Source: an uncultured Nitrososphaeraceae archaeon (GTDB lineage Archaea; Thermoproteota; Nitrososphaeria; Nitrososphaerales; Nitrososphaeraceae). Taken from it: a stretch of DNA of 64,000 bases. Shown piece after piece: positions 21,710-32,891 of the stretch. The DNA lies in contig CAWGVG010000029.1 of NCBI GenBank assembly GCA_963825865.1, positions 96,001 through 160,000 on the forward strand, given 5' to 3'. Each line of letters starts with the position of its first letter. Position 1 is the first letter of the stretch. The notes beneath the pieces are model-generated. The model was not told the origin of the DNA, searched no databases, and was given only the letters and a program-made list of their open reading frames with translations. Both the position numbers and the translations under genes were made by a program.

Positions 21710-22202
21710 CCTTAAAGATTGGGAAGTTCCAGTAATGATCAGTTACAATAGCAGATACAAACAACTAGAATACAAAGGATTGATAATGGAACCTCTTTTG
21801 TTGAAGAGTCCAAGTGAACCAGAAAAGAAGTTTATGGAAAAATTAGCCAATTCACACAAAGTAAGGTGGTGGTTCAAAAATGGAGAAAATGACATAGAAT
21901 ATTTTGCCATCTTGTACAAAGATGAAAATGATTTTGAGCGAGCATTTTATGTTGATTTTATTGTTATGTTTAACAATGGAATCATAGGACTTTTTGATAC
22001 AAAAAGCGGTGCAACAACAGAAGGAGCTAAATTGCGGGCTGAAGGTTTACAGATCTATATCAAAAGAGAGAACAAGAATCGTAACAAACTTTATGGTGGT
22101 ATTGTTATTCTTAAAGACGGTTCATTTTGGTACAATCATGAAGAAGAATATCAGTATAACCCACATAATCTATCTGAAAATTGGGAAATTCTCGAGTTAT
22201 AG
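21710..22202 (+). pseudogene. C-terminal PD-(D/E)xK nuclease domain of a type III restriction subunit (Res)
   Basis: SEPEKKF...VRWWFKNG...FAILY...FYVDFIV...LFDTKSG; helicase domains absent. Confidence 0.75.
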
Positions 22203-22641
22203 AGAAGCTGACAAGTTTAAAAGTACTAGTATTGTCTTTTAGAACTTTCTATATGTTGCAAAGGCTAAAATCTCTAGTGCTGCAAATACGAAAAAATAGT
22301 CCTATGAGAATTGTATTGGTAAACTACAACATAATCTTATACCTTGCTTATGTATATCTATTTCAGTTATACACTTGGCTATTATAGTATTCGAACTCTA
22401 AAGCAGGATCAGATTGTCTAATGGTTAAAAAATGGTTTATCTCATCCCCCGCACGACTTCTAGAATAAACAACTAGTCAACGCTAATTTTTCAATGTAGA
22501 CATCTATAATTCTAACATTCATCTTTTGATAATCTACAAGAAGAATGTGAAATTCTTCGATATTCTATAACAATATATCAATAGTAAGATTTATCTAAAT
22601 TATATTACAGTTGTTTTATTAGTAATTGTTTCCTGATAGAT

Positions 22642-24203
22642 ATGTACATTCTTATAAGGAGTTTATTAAGCATTTTTCTTGAGATGTTAAATTATCGGGA
22701 AAACTCACACTCTTCTCTGGCTATTTTAATGGCTAGAATTTTGTCGATTGCTACAAATATTTTTGTAACTTCTAACAAAAAAAGAACAGTAACTGTCTAT
22801 ACAATGGTGACGATACTTTTATTCTCAGTTGTTTTACTCAACCAAAATCCATCAATCCCTTTGGTATATGCTGTTAAAGATCATAAAGATAACAAAGCAG
22901 ACAATAATAATAATAATAATAATAATCAGCTATCTCAGTTAGGCGGCACGGGAGATAAAGCTAATAATAATAACAATATTGTAGATAATACGGCGGGAGA
23001 TACACCCTCAACACAACCCACAATTCCGACGACACAGGTCACCCCATCAACACAATCCCAGATACCATCTACTCCCTCTGACAGTAGTTTAAGTTCTGTG
23101 CCCGAAGGAAAGAACTGCGCAACGGATTTGAGTAAGCAGCCAAATGCGATCGAATACCTTACATACTTTAACTGTGGACACGTTAACACATTCAAAAATG
23201 GTAAAACGCTTCGAGAATTTAGTTTGATTACTTCTGAGAATAATACCATTCCTATTTCAGACGTTGGATCAAATGACCCTGTATTGTTCAACGCATGGGC
23301 ATTTAACGGTACAATCCCGGTCCAACAATGCGAATGACTGAAGGTGACCACATAAAGATCACAGTCTTCAATTCCAATTCCTCGACACATGCCCACTCGT
23401 TACATATGCATTCCATTCATCCGGGAGAAATGGACGGAATGATGGGGCCTGCTGGTACTATACCTCCTGGTGGGCATTTTACCTACAACTTTATAGCATC
23501 GCCGTTTGGTGTCTACCCTTACCATTGCCATGTGGAGCCGGTAACATCGCACATCAACCACGGCTTGTATGGTATGATGATTATAGACCCGAAAACACCC
23601 AGACCCGTAGCTAAAGAGATGGTAATGATGATGAATGGGTATAACCTTGTAGATGATTATGCGCCGAGCATGTCAACCCCATCTCACCCACCCACAGCTG
23701 TAGAATTACGTGCCAATTTTAGTGACGCAACCAAACCAGATGAAGGAGTAGATAACCAAATCTATACTGTAAATGGTGCAGCTTTCATCTATAGAGATCA
23801 CCCAATTGATCTCGTTACAGGCCAACCATACAGAATCTATCTCGTAAACATGTTAGAGTTTGATCCGGTTAATTCATTCCATCTACATGGAAACATGTTT
23901 GAATATTATCCTGCAGGAACTGGAACGAACCCTAGCTATCTCACAGATATCCTTACACTGGCACAAGGCGATAGAGGTATGTTGGAATTCACTTATGATA
24001 AACCAGGTATGTACATGTTCCATGCTCATAAGAACGAATTTACTAATTTAGGCTGGATGGGTATGTTCAACGTTCAAGATAAAGCTACGCTAAAAGCAAC
24101 GACAACAACAACAACTTCAATGCTACAACACGCAACAGCTGAACACACAACAAAAGGAAACGATAATACATTCTCATCATCACCCTTTCCTTTTCTTCAG
24201 TGA
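22642..24203 (+). CDS. Two-domain multicopper oxidase (1-nt frameshift near 23319; start uncertain)
   Basis: AWAFNGTIP(G)PTMR..EGD, HSLHMH, YPYHCH...HINHGLYG, NSFHLHG and YMFHAH motifs; TM/signal and low-complexity linker upstream. Confidence 0.9.
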
Positions 24204-24516
24204 TGTATTCAGAATCAATTAAGGAGTACCCTGACTGCAGAGAAAATAAGGAAAGACTTCCTTTATAACTCGTCTCTATGAGGGTGATGTTCACCTAACA
24301 TATTTTATTTCCTCATTTGTTGTTTAACACCTTATCATGATATGACATATTTGTACAAGGGTTTGAAGATAAAGGAAAGTATATAGCTGATGTTCGGGAA
24401 ACTCATTGCATTTGTAACAGTCATTTAGCGCACTCATTGCGCTTTTTTATCTAATAATAAAAAAGGAACCTGTGCTCCTTAATAATATATAATCAAACCT
24501 TTTACAATCTTGTAAT

Positions 24517-25690
24517 TTGGCAAAAGCCTATTTCACACCCTATGGAGTCGGTCTTGGGCATGCCAGTCGTCTAATGATGGTTGCACAGAAACTTCAAAAT
24601 TCAGGTGTGATTATAAGATTTTCTTCTTTTGGAGAAGCAGCACTGTATCTCTCAATGCAAGGATATGAGTGTGTAACATGTACCTCCTGTTGAATTCGCA
24701 TGGAGCATAGAGGGGGAATTTTCAATAAAGTATAGTATCGCAAATATTCCGCGTTGGTTTACAAATTTTTCAAGACAGCTCGTTAATGAGACTCGTAATA
24801 TGATAGAGTATAATCCAGATATTATAATTTCAGATTCAAGACTATCTTCACTTGTAACAGCTAAATTTTTGGGAATACCGTCAGTAGTTATTTTGAATCA
24901 AGTAAAACTTTTACTCTCGCCACGCCTTCGAGAATTTAGGATCGCCAGACTTTGTGAAAAAATAACCGGTGAAATTCTTGGAGGTATGTGGACAGTAGCA
25001 GACAGAATTCTAGTACCTGATCTACCTCCCCCGTATACAATAGCAGGACATAATATTTGGGATACAAGTTCTGTGTTGGCAAAATTGGAATATGTTGGCT
25101 TTACCGTACCAAAATTATATGTCACCCAAGAACAAATCAGCAAAGTAGCGCAGTATCTTGGTTTAGACAGATCAAAGCCAATTGTATTTATTCATGTAAG
25201 TGGCCCAATACAAACACGAATGCCATTTATCCGAACTGCAATAGAGGCATGTAAATCTCTTCGTCAGGAAATTCAGTACATAATTTCTGAAGGAAGACCA
25301 AAAGGAGATCTTGAACCTAAAAAGATTGCAGGATCAGGATGGTACTATGAATGGTGTCCTTTACGCGACGAAATCTTTGCAATGAGCAATTTATTGGTAT
25401 TGCGTGGCGGGCACGTGGCTATATCACAGGCTATTCAATTTGGCAAGCCCATTATCACAATACCTATAGAAAATCATGGTGAACAGTTAGGTAATTCTGA
25501 AAAAATCGCTGAAATAGGTATAGGTGTTACTCTAAAAACAAAACAATTGAAAGCAAATCAGATTACTGATGCAATTCATAAGATACTCGATGATTCTAGA
25601 TATCAAAAAAAGGCATATGAACTAATGAAATTAGCTGAAAAACTAGATGGAATCGATAATGTCGTGAAGATAGTTCGGTCCTATCTTTAA
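24517..25690 (+). CDS. GT-B glycosyltransferase (GT28/MurG-like), frameshifted in the N-terminal part
   Basis: TTG start gives MAKAYFTPYGVGLGHASR; PDIIISD, RGGH, GKPIITIP and HGEQLGN motifs. Confidence 0.88.
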
Positions 25691-26791
25691 TGAGATGGTT
25701 TTCATATTTTTAATGGCTGCTTTTGACAAAGCTTCAATCTTGTTTTCATATTTTTCATATTCCTCTATTTTAAATGTCATCTCTTTGACTAAAGCATCAA
25801 TGGATGTTGCTTTATCTTCCAATCCTATTTCTTTAGTATTATGATAAATACTGTCAGTCAAAAGCATTAATGGCAACCAAGGCATTTTTCCTGCAAACAC
25901 AATTTTTTTCATAGTTGCTTCTACAAACCATGTAGGATGAATCGCTGTACTTAATGGTATAACTAATCTATTTTCCGGTAAAAGGGTCAAGATATTAGCA
26001 GATATGCTTTCTTGTAGCATGAGTTTTAGATTATGATCTAACTTGTCAGGAAGATCGATATGTGCTACCCGAATTTTATGTTTTTTAATACACATTTTAT
26101 TTGCTATATAACTAAATAACTTTGCATTTTCCTTAAGATCATCATCGTTTGTATATAGAATCAAAAAATCAGGTACAAAACCACATTTTACAGTTATCAG
26201 ACAAGATACGGTAGATAGAACATTATGTATACTGCATGCTACTTTCTCCTTTTGAGAACCAAATGGTAGACCACCAAGAGCTGTGTCAATTTGAATGCAT
26301 ACATATGCTGAATCTTTACCAATATATGATAGAATTGTTTTGTTGGCCTCGTATTCATTTTTCGCTGGTTTTGCAGCAATAGATGATAGCTCTGATGTGA
26401 GGTTACCCGACGAAACAAACTCTATGTCTCTTCCGATATAACTTACTTTTGCATTACTACTCATCTGAACTTTAACAAAAAATTTCTCTTCTGGAAATAT
26501 TATCTGTTTTCCAGTATTGACAATTGTAGTTACAATATCAGTAAATCCATTTGTGACATGTTTTGCTATAGCCACTTTGTCTATGCCGAACATTTCTACT
26601 ACACTTGCTGCCGCTTCTACGAGATTGGTGACCTCAAATACAATGCATGATTCTTCAGAAATAATTTTATTGACTTTAACATGTATTAATTCAAGCTTTT
26701 CTTTAACAACAGTTTTTAGGCTATCTTTCCTGTTTGCTGAAAAAGCAGACGGAAAGACTATTAAAACTTTCTTCAAATGATTCTTATTCAA
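25643..26791 (-). CDS. THUMP-domain ThiI-like protein
   Basis: FGIDKVAIA, KFFVKV, GGLPFG; PP-loop motif degenerate. Confidence 0.75.
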   Translation of the reverse strand: MNKNHLKKVLIVFPSAFSANRKDSLKTVVKEKLELIHVKVNKIISEESCIVFEVTNLVEAAASVVEMFGIDKVAIAKHVTNGFTDIVTTIVNTGKQIIFPEEKFFVKVQMSSNAKVSYIGRDIEFVSSGNLTSELSSIAAKPAKNEYEANKTILSYIGKDSAYVCIQIDTALGGLPFGSQKEKVACSIHNVLSTVSCLITVKCGFVPDFLILYTNDDDLKENAKLFSYIANKMCIKKHKIRVAHIDLPDKLDHNLKLMLQESISANILTLLPENRLVIPLSTAIHPTWFVEATMKKIVFAGKMPWLPLMLLTDSIYHNTKEIGLEDKATSIDALVKEMTFKIEEYEKYENKIEALSKAAIKNMKTISLKIGPNYLHDIIDSI

Positions 26792-27125
26792 ACTTCGGTT
26801 AATTATAGCTGGTGTTTTCGCACAACAACAACAACAGCAGAAAAATATTAATCGAGGAATTTATACCAGTAAATAAGTTATAATGAAATTTTGTATTCAT
26901 TATATCTGAATATTAGGACTTGTATGAACATATCTTATATTATAATAACTGTGCATGCGATAAAGAATAACAATACAGATCTTGGCACTTTGGACATTAT
27001 GGACTATCTTGCCATTTTTGGTAATTGGTACACATCTATCTCCTTTAATCACCGTTTGCTATTGTTCTTTGTAACTCTGGTTTCCTATCATATCTGCCTT
27101 GATATCATTTTTCAGTCTTATCTTC

Positions 27126-28082
27126 TTAGAGTTGGCTTATAGTGTCTTCAATATTCTTTCTGTCTGCCACATTCGGGGTTTGTTCAAGGTACATTGTCAG
27201 ATCTTCTTTCGCACCAGAATTGTTGTTAAGTTGTAACCTTGCTACTGCACGATTTTTGTATATTGGCCCAAATCTATAAGGATTGATATCGATTGCTTTT
27301 GTATAATACGCTTCGGCAAGAGAATAATCCTTCCTTTTTAAATAGTAGTTTCCAAGACCACGGTATGCAAGGTAATATTTTGGATTAAGTCTAACTGTTT
27401 TTTCATAACAAACAACTGCTTCTGATGAATTGAGTTCATTATGCATGCCTGCTAGCAGGCACCAAACTTGGGGGTTTTCATCATCGGAATTTGATGCTTT
27501 GTGTAATTTTTTTATCGCATCATAAATCTTGTCTTGCTGTCGCAATTTTTCTGCTTCAAAACATATCCTATTTGAGTCTTTAAATTTGAGTTCTTCATTT
27601 TTAAAAAGATCCTTCATATCCTCTGGAATGAGTACTAACGTAATCATATCATCTTGTTCCCAATCGTGTTCAAATTTTGCTTCAGGAATTGCACCTATTG
27701 TATCAGGTTCTGGAATGTACGTAAGGATTCTGCGTTCTTCAGAATTATACCCCGATACGATGGTTGCATGTTGTACAGTATCGCGAATGCCGGGAAGAAT
27801 AACTATTGGAGGAATTCCTTGATCTATTCTCTTTTTAAGATTCTTTATTGAACCTTTGTAGATATATGATACAAAGCCATGTCTTTCAGCAAGCTCTATT
27901 CCTTCCATCATTATAGAACCTTTCATTTTAGGGTATTTCTTGGCTATCTCTATTGCTTCCTCTAATGGGATTTCTTCTCCCCAGTATTTTGAAACTACAT
28001 TAATTACTAGAGGAAGACAAATGTTCTCATCCCTCTCATCTACTAATGGCAAACTGATAAAATGATCTGGCTGGGCCTGCAA
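27126..28082 (-). CDS. Peptidase C39-like domain plus TPR repeats
   Basis: ENICLP (Cys), QGIPPIV, QHATIVSGY (His), followed by several TPR repeats. Confidence 0.85.
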   Translation of the reverse strand: MQAQPDHFISLPLVDERDENICLPLVINVVSKYWGEEIPLEEAIEIAKKYPKMKGSIMMEGIELAERHGFVSYIYKGSIKNLKKRIDQGIPPIVILPGIRDTVQHATIVSGYNSEERRILTYIPEPDTIGAIPEAKFEHDWEQDDMITLVLIPEDMKDLFKNEELKFKDSNRICFEAEKLRQQDKIYDAIKKLHKASNSDDENPQVWCLLAGMHNELNSSEAVVCYEKTVRLNPKYYLAYRGLGNYYLKRKDYSLAEAYYTKAIDINPYRFGPIYKNRAVARLQLNNNSGAKEDLTMYLEQTPNVADRKNIEDTISQL

Positions 28083-28137
28083 GGATGGATTTATAGAAAC
28101 TTCATGGAAATAAAAATCATTCTTATCATCTCTGCTG

Positions 28138-28698
28138 CTATATTGTTAGGAAGTTTGATAGCACGATAAAGCCATCAGTGCCACTTTTTTCAGGATGAAA
28201 CTGTATCCCAAAAATCCTCTTTTTCTTATGGGAAAAGACTTCATGTTTGCAGAACTGAGAACTCGCAGTAGAGTCAAAGTCTTCAGGTAATTTTGAAACA
28301 CAATATCTGTGACTTTCATAAACGCTAACTGACTTTCTATCAGGTATCAAATGATTTGGTTTTGATATGGTTACAGATATTGTACCCTGAACATGATTAT
28401 TCATTCTATAAATTGATCCTCCAAGTGTTAATGCGATTATTTCTGCACCATAACAAATTCCTAATATTGGCATATCATTTTCAAAACAATATTTTATGAT
28501 CTTTGAATTTATGACATTGATCTCTTTGCTATTCTTTCGTCTCCCAGAAAGGATCACCCTATCATACTGATTATTTTTATCATTACTGCTGCCTACTTCC
28601 GAAAATCTTTTACAGATATATGTCGCTCTTAATTTATCTAGACAATCCAATATATTTGGCGTAAACGGTGAAAGATTATCTACCACAAGTATTGTCAA
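28138..28698 (-). CDS. Class I glutamine amidotransferase (GMP synthase subunit A-like)
   Basis: PILGICYG, YESH and GIQFHPE triad motifs. Confidence 0.9.
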   Translation of the reverse strand: MTILVVDNLSPFTPNILDCLDKLRATYICKRFSEVGSSNDKNNQYDRVILSGRRKNSKEINVINSKIIKYCFENDMPILGICYGAEIIALTLGGSIYRMNNHVQGTISVTISKPNHLIPDRKSVSVYESHRYCVSKLPEDFDSTASSQFCKHEVFSHKKKRIFGIQFHPEKSGTDGFIVLSNFLTI

Positions 28699-28703
28699 TT
28701 GAC

Positions 28704-29292
28704 TTATCCTACCTCGATCGATACATAATGATTTTCTATGATTCCATTTACGTCTTTTAATATCCCAAAGTTAACTTTGGTATCAGTCTGCCACTCGAAT
28801 ATACGTCCACTATCACCATTACTACCTTTGATGAACTTTGAAATTATTGTCTCTGCCTTGGCAAAGTCAGAATCAGACAGATAATCTGCATCTGCTTCCT
28901 TAAAGGCTAGTGGTAAGGAAATTACAGTAGGTTTTGACAGTGTCAATCCAGCAGGCTGTGAAAATCTTTTCCAGCTTTTCAATTCTGTTGGGTTTATCCA
29001 GAAGAGTCCCATTTCTATTCTTCTGCTCTGCTGCAGACAAATCAGAGATTTTTAGCAAATAATTCTGAAAAGATTGCTGAGTAGTGTTGCCTAGTCCAAC
29101 GTAAAAGTTTCCCGTTACAGAAGCACCGACTGTTGCAATTGTACCTAAATGCGTTGCAAAACCCCCACCACTATCCGCAGTACTAGCTGTATAAACTGGA
29201 ATGAAGTAAACTTCTTGGTCCCCTAATCTATAGAGAACATTATCACCAACTCTAAGGTTATTCAAATACTCTGCCTTGGTATCATCCAACAA
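28704..29292 (-). pseudogene. C-terminal fragment of a UPF0182-family membrane protein
   Basis: RVGDNVLYRLGDQEVYFIPVYTA...GTIATVGA...YVGLG; N-terminus absent, frameshifted. Confidence 0.65.
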
Positions 29293-29855
29293 AGCGAGCT
29301 AATTAATCCTAAAGTCTCTTTAATGTGTTTTTTTAAGGGACATTTACGATGGACTTGATTTTTTTGAGCTCGACCACCATCTGAGGTTAATTTTCAATTG
29401 TAATGATAGGGTTAAACAAAAGTATAGTAATTTTGGTATAATGCTACCGCCATGACCGATGTATGTATGTGTGTATGCCGAGGCGATCGTAACTAGGTGT
29501 CAGCAACCCTTGAAATAGTGAATGTCATGCGAGCAGCAAGGATCAAATTTCAAAATAATTTAAGACAGTTATTATTTTTTCTATATAGTACAATGACCTC
29601 TTTTTGTGAAATGATTGAAACCGATCAATTTTTTTGCTGCTGAAATTAGAGTTCTAAGCCAAAGCAATGCTATTATTATCACCTTAAATTTACTTTCTGC
29701 TCTATCTCTTTATTTAATCCAAATTGATTGATGCTTCAACAGGCTATCTATGCCTAAAATCTTACTAATACTGCATGTACTTTTTTATAAATTATATTTA
29801 AAGATAATAAATCATACTAATATTTTGATAATTAAAGTATTATTATGAAATATAC

Positions 29856-30308
29856 TTGTATGAAGTTCTTATAAATATGTTCTATAATCACAATATTATG
29901 TCTAGAAAACAAACAATAGCAATCTTTAGTGCACTTCTTACAGCACTTGCACTATCGACAACGCTGGGCGGTTTTGCTGTTACTTCAGCGTCAGCTCAGG
30001 GCGAAACCAAGGTTTCAATAGTATCCGGAGCATCTACGATGGCTGATAAAGCATTTTCACCAAATCCAGTCAATGTAAAAGTTGGAGATACTGTAACATG
30101 GACTAATGACGACAGTCAACCTCATACAGTTGTATCCGGTTCAGGGTCTAGTGATCCGAAGATGGGAAAAGATTTTAATTCATCACCCAATTTCAATCCA
30201 TTGCTAGTGTCAAAGCAAACATTCCAGCACAAGTTTACTACTGCAGGAGAACTTCCTTATTTCTGCGCACTTCACCCTACGATGGTAGGTAAGGTTGTCG
30301 TGTCCTAG
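29856..30308 (+). CDS. Secreted blue-copper (plastocyanin/azurin-like) cupredoxin; start probably MSRKQ at ~29898
   Basis: Signal ending ASAQ; FSPNPVNVKVGDTVTWTNDDSQPH; YFCALHPTMVG (H, C, H, M type-1 Cu ligands). Confidence 0.92.
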   Translation: MYEVLINMFYNHNIMSRKQTIAIFSALLTALALSTTLGGFAVTSASAQGETKVSIVSGASTMADKAFSPNPVNVKVGDTVTWTNDDSQPHTVVSGSGSSDPKMGKDFNSSPNFNPLLVSKQTFQHKFTTAGELPYFCALHPTMVGKVVVS

Positions 30309-30652
30309 AGTAAGTGACTGTTATGGATTGTTGACTGTATTCCTTGCTTATGTAGACTAAGGAAGACTCAACCGACCCCAAAACAAACAATTTAGCCTAT
30401 TTTATCTAGGCTAATTATCATCATTTCTTTCTTCCTTTTTTCAAACAAAGCAATTTTTTTCTGCCGATCCTTTTGCCAAAAGGTGGCAATGTGGGTTTGC
30501 AATTCAAACTGAATGGATATATCTATAACAAAGAGAAAATATTTATCTTCCACTCTCCATGATATCGATTTTAAACATCAATTTTTTTTGCAAACTCACC
30601 CATGATTCTTTTTATTAGATAGATTACATTAGGGATATTTTCGGCGAGTGCA

Positions 30653-31801
30653 TTAATTTACTTCTGCAAGTCCTTTACAGATCAGGTATACCGCTGCATA
30701 GACAGGTAATCTTGCAGTTTGTTTACTTATATTGAATGACTGACCTTTTAGCTTCAGTTTTACTGGCGCCTTTATCTCTACGTTAACTTCCCTGTCTGTT
30801 AAAAGGCATGCATCAGTTAGCGGATCAAACGATTCCATATCGTTGCACCTCATTTTAGTCAATCCACTTTTGCTGTTTAGGCTACCAGCCATTCTGAACA
30901 CTCTATGAATATCCATTGTTACCTGAGGATCGATTCTGACTCCAACGTCTTTAGTAACTTTGACCAGTTCTGTCTTAAAGCCATTGTATCCTCCTTTCTG
31001 TTGAACTATGTTGCTTAACTTAACTGTCGACGATTGATCAATTCCTAATTTTTCTGCTATTTTTTTACGCCAGCCGTACAACATCCCGCTCTTAGGAAAT
31101 TTAATAAAGAAACCATCGAATGCTTTTCTTACACCGATGCCCTCTGTCATCATATCGTTGCCCATTAGATAACCTACAATATCTGACCTAGCTTGTGAAT
31201 CCAAAGGATGGAATTCACTATCTGAAATATGAATATGGTACCCATTGTTACCTGAAAAATAGACCTGAATAGCCTTTTCCATGATACCAAGATCATACAT
31301 TAACATCTCGATTAGATGTTTTACTTCTTTTTTCAAAGCATAGTTGCATTTGTTACATATTAGAGATATATGATTTAGCTTTCCAGTTTTACATGATGGG
31401 CATAATTCAGACCTGCTTTTTTGCACTTTTCCACAATTTGCGCATATAAAGTATGAATGTGTTAGCTCACATAGCAAATGCAAATCCTTTGCATCAATAT
31501 CAAAAATAAGATCTGCTCCGATCCACTGCTTTTCTTGCATATTATATGTAGGAAATCTGTAATATGCATTTGAACAGTAAACATCAGAAGGAACATCCTT
31601 AATCAAAGTTGCCAAAAGCTCGCCAATATTTCTAAATGCAAGATGTCTTAACATTGCTCCTGATCCAAATTGCCTGTACCCAAATTCACGTTTCTCTATA
31701 CGTTCTGGAACCTCAATAATTTTACTATACTTGAAATAAAATTCTCTGAATACACTCCTAACAAGTGCTGTACTTTTTTCTGCAGATTTAGTGCTAATCA
31801 T
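30653..31801 (-). CDS. priS: DNA primase small (catalytic) subunit
   Basis: REFG, DLIFDID, YFSGNNGYH, IDPQVT...RVFRMAGSLNSKSG; Zn-ribbon insertion. Confidence 0.95.
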   Translation of the reverse strand: MISTKSAEKSTALVRSVFREFYFKYSKIIEVPERIEKREFGYRQFGSGAMLRHLAFRNIGELLATLIKDVPSDVYCSNAYYRFPTYNMQEKQWIGADLIFDIDAKDLHLLCELTHSYFICANCGKVQKSRSELCPSCKTGKLNHISLICNKCNYALKKEVKHLIEMLMYDLGIMEKAIQVYFSGNNGYHIHISDSEFHPLDSQARSDIVGYLMGNDMMTEGIGVRKAFDGFFIKFPKSGMLYGWRKKIAEKLGIDQSSTVKLSNIVQQKGGYNGFKTELVKVTKDVGVRIDPQVTMDIHRVFRMAGSLNSKSGLTKMRCNDMESFDPLTDACLLTDREVNVEIKAPVKLKLKGQSFNISKQTARLPVYAAVYLICKGLAEVN

Positions 31802-32826
31802 AACGCTTCTCTAAATTCCGCCCGAATTGAATTGGGTTTGTTATGCCATTACATTTTTCAGTCGCAAAACAAAGATTTTCGTTTCGAAGTTTTTCACACG
31901 AAGGAACAGAATATTTTACATGGCTCGCCTCTAATGCCAGCAAGATGCTCTACCTGATACCTTGTAACCTTTTCATTATAATCCGGTGCATTATGGAATA
32001 ATACCGCAATCTCATCTATACTTTTTCCAATCGCTAGCATGTAAGTTGCAAGCATAAGTCTTGCAGAATGCGGAAGGTTTTCTCCATTATTCATTACCTG
32101 TAATGCATGTTCAACACATGGAGGATAATCTGTTACTATTTTATGTATGCGATACTCATAATTAGATGCAAGCTTAGGCCTCAATTCATCGACTTTAGCT
32201 TTGATTGTTTCTGGCAATGTTGATAACGCCATTGACTTTACCCTATTGTAGATTAATGCACTCAGTTCACTTCTAATGAGCCTTACAGTTTCATCAGCGT
32301 CAAGGTACACGTAACCCTTATGCACTAATCTATTAATCAATTTCCATTCTTGTTCATGGAAATGAGAGGCTCTTGTAAGATAGTCAGTAACTTTGACTTT
32401 GAATAATCTATTATCTTCGGAGTCAATATCAACATTGACTCTAAATAATTCCCCAAAAATTTTGAACAGAAGCAGGCGCTTCTTTTGTTCATTTTTTTCT
32501 TTTTTTAGATCCTCAGTTAGAAATTTTTCTGCCCTCATTGCTTCAAAAAGAGAATGCTTCTTTAGGATCGGTTCTACTCCTATGGATTTTGCCATTATAA
32601 GTGCAACAAGAAAAGTAAGTATCTCTATTTCGTATTTATCCAATTTTTCATAGATTGTTCCACTGGTTACTTCTACTTCTATCCTCTCAGCTGCCCTGTC
32701 AATAATATGTCTCATCTCAGGCCGATTAAATTCTCCAAAATCAAAGTGCGTTTCCCGAATGTAATCTGAGGCCTCGTTTAGGAAAGGATACTTTGCTAGA
32801 TCTCCTGTTCCAAGTTTTATAGACAA
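31794..32826 (-). CDS. priL: DNA primase large subunit (frameshift near 31925)
   Basis: AKYPFL, YPPC, NLPHSAR, APDYNEKVTRYQVEH; alternative frame gives KYSVPSCEKLRNENLC...C..ITNP (Fe-S Cys). Confidence 0.93.
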
Positions 32827-32869
32827 ATATTGACAGCAAGTCTATCTTCTTTATACTAGAATAAAAATA

Positions 32870-32891
32870 CCATTGTAAAATCTTACAATGG
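32870..32891. promoter_or_regulatory. Perfect 9-bp inverted repeat upstream of priL
   Basis: CCATTGTAA-AATC-TTACAATGG. Confidence 0.45.

Noticed and set aside
22900-22980. AAT trinucleotide runs (also ~51475 and ~59060) as tandem repeats
   Set aside because: They encode poly-Asn linkers inside genes.
23328-24203. Possible nitrite reductase NirK
   Set aside because: HxH/HCH trinuclear-cluster motifs in both domains fit a two-domain MCO, not NirK.
19694-24315. 13-bp direct repeat TTTTATTTCCTCA roughly bracketing the 19.7-24.3 kb accessory tract
   Set aside because: Low-complexity and terminator-like, no dyad and no adjacent integrase; chance is likely.
30372-30380. CCGACCCCA matching the 3' end of tRNA-Pro as a possible attR
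   Set aside because: Only 9 bp, and core genes (pyrB, nrdJ) lie in between.
30469-30483. Hairpin CCTTTT-GCC-AAAAGG after the cupredoxin gene
   Set aside because: Weak stem in a T-rich convergent terminator zone; unremarkable.
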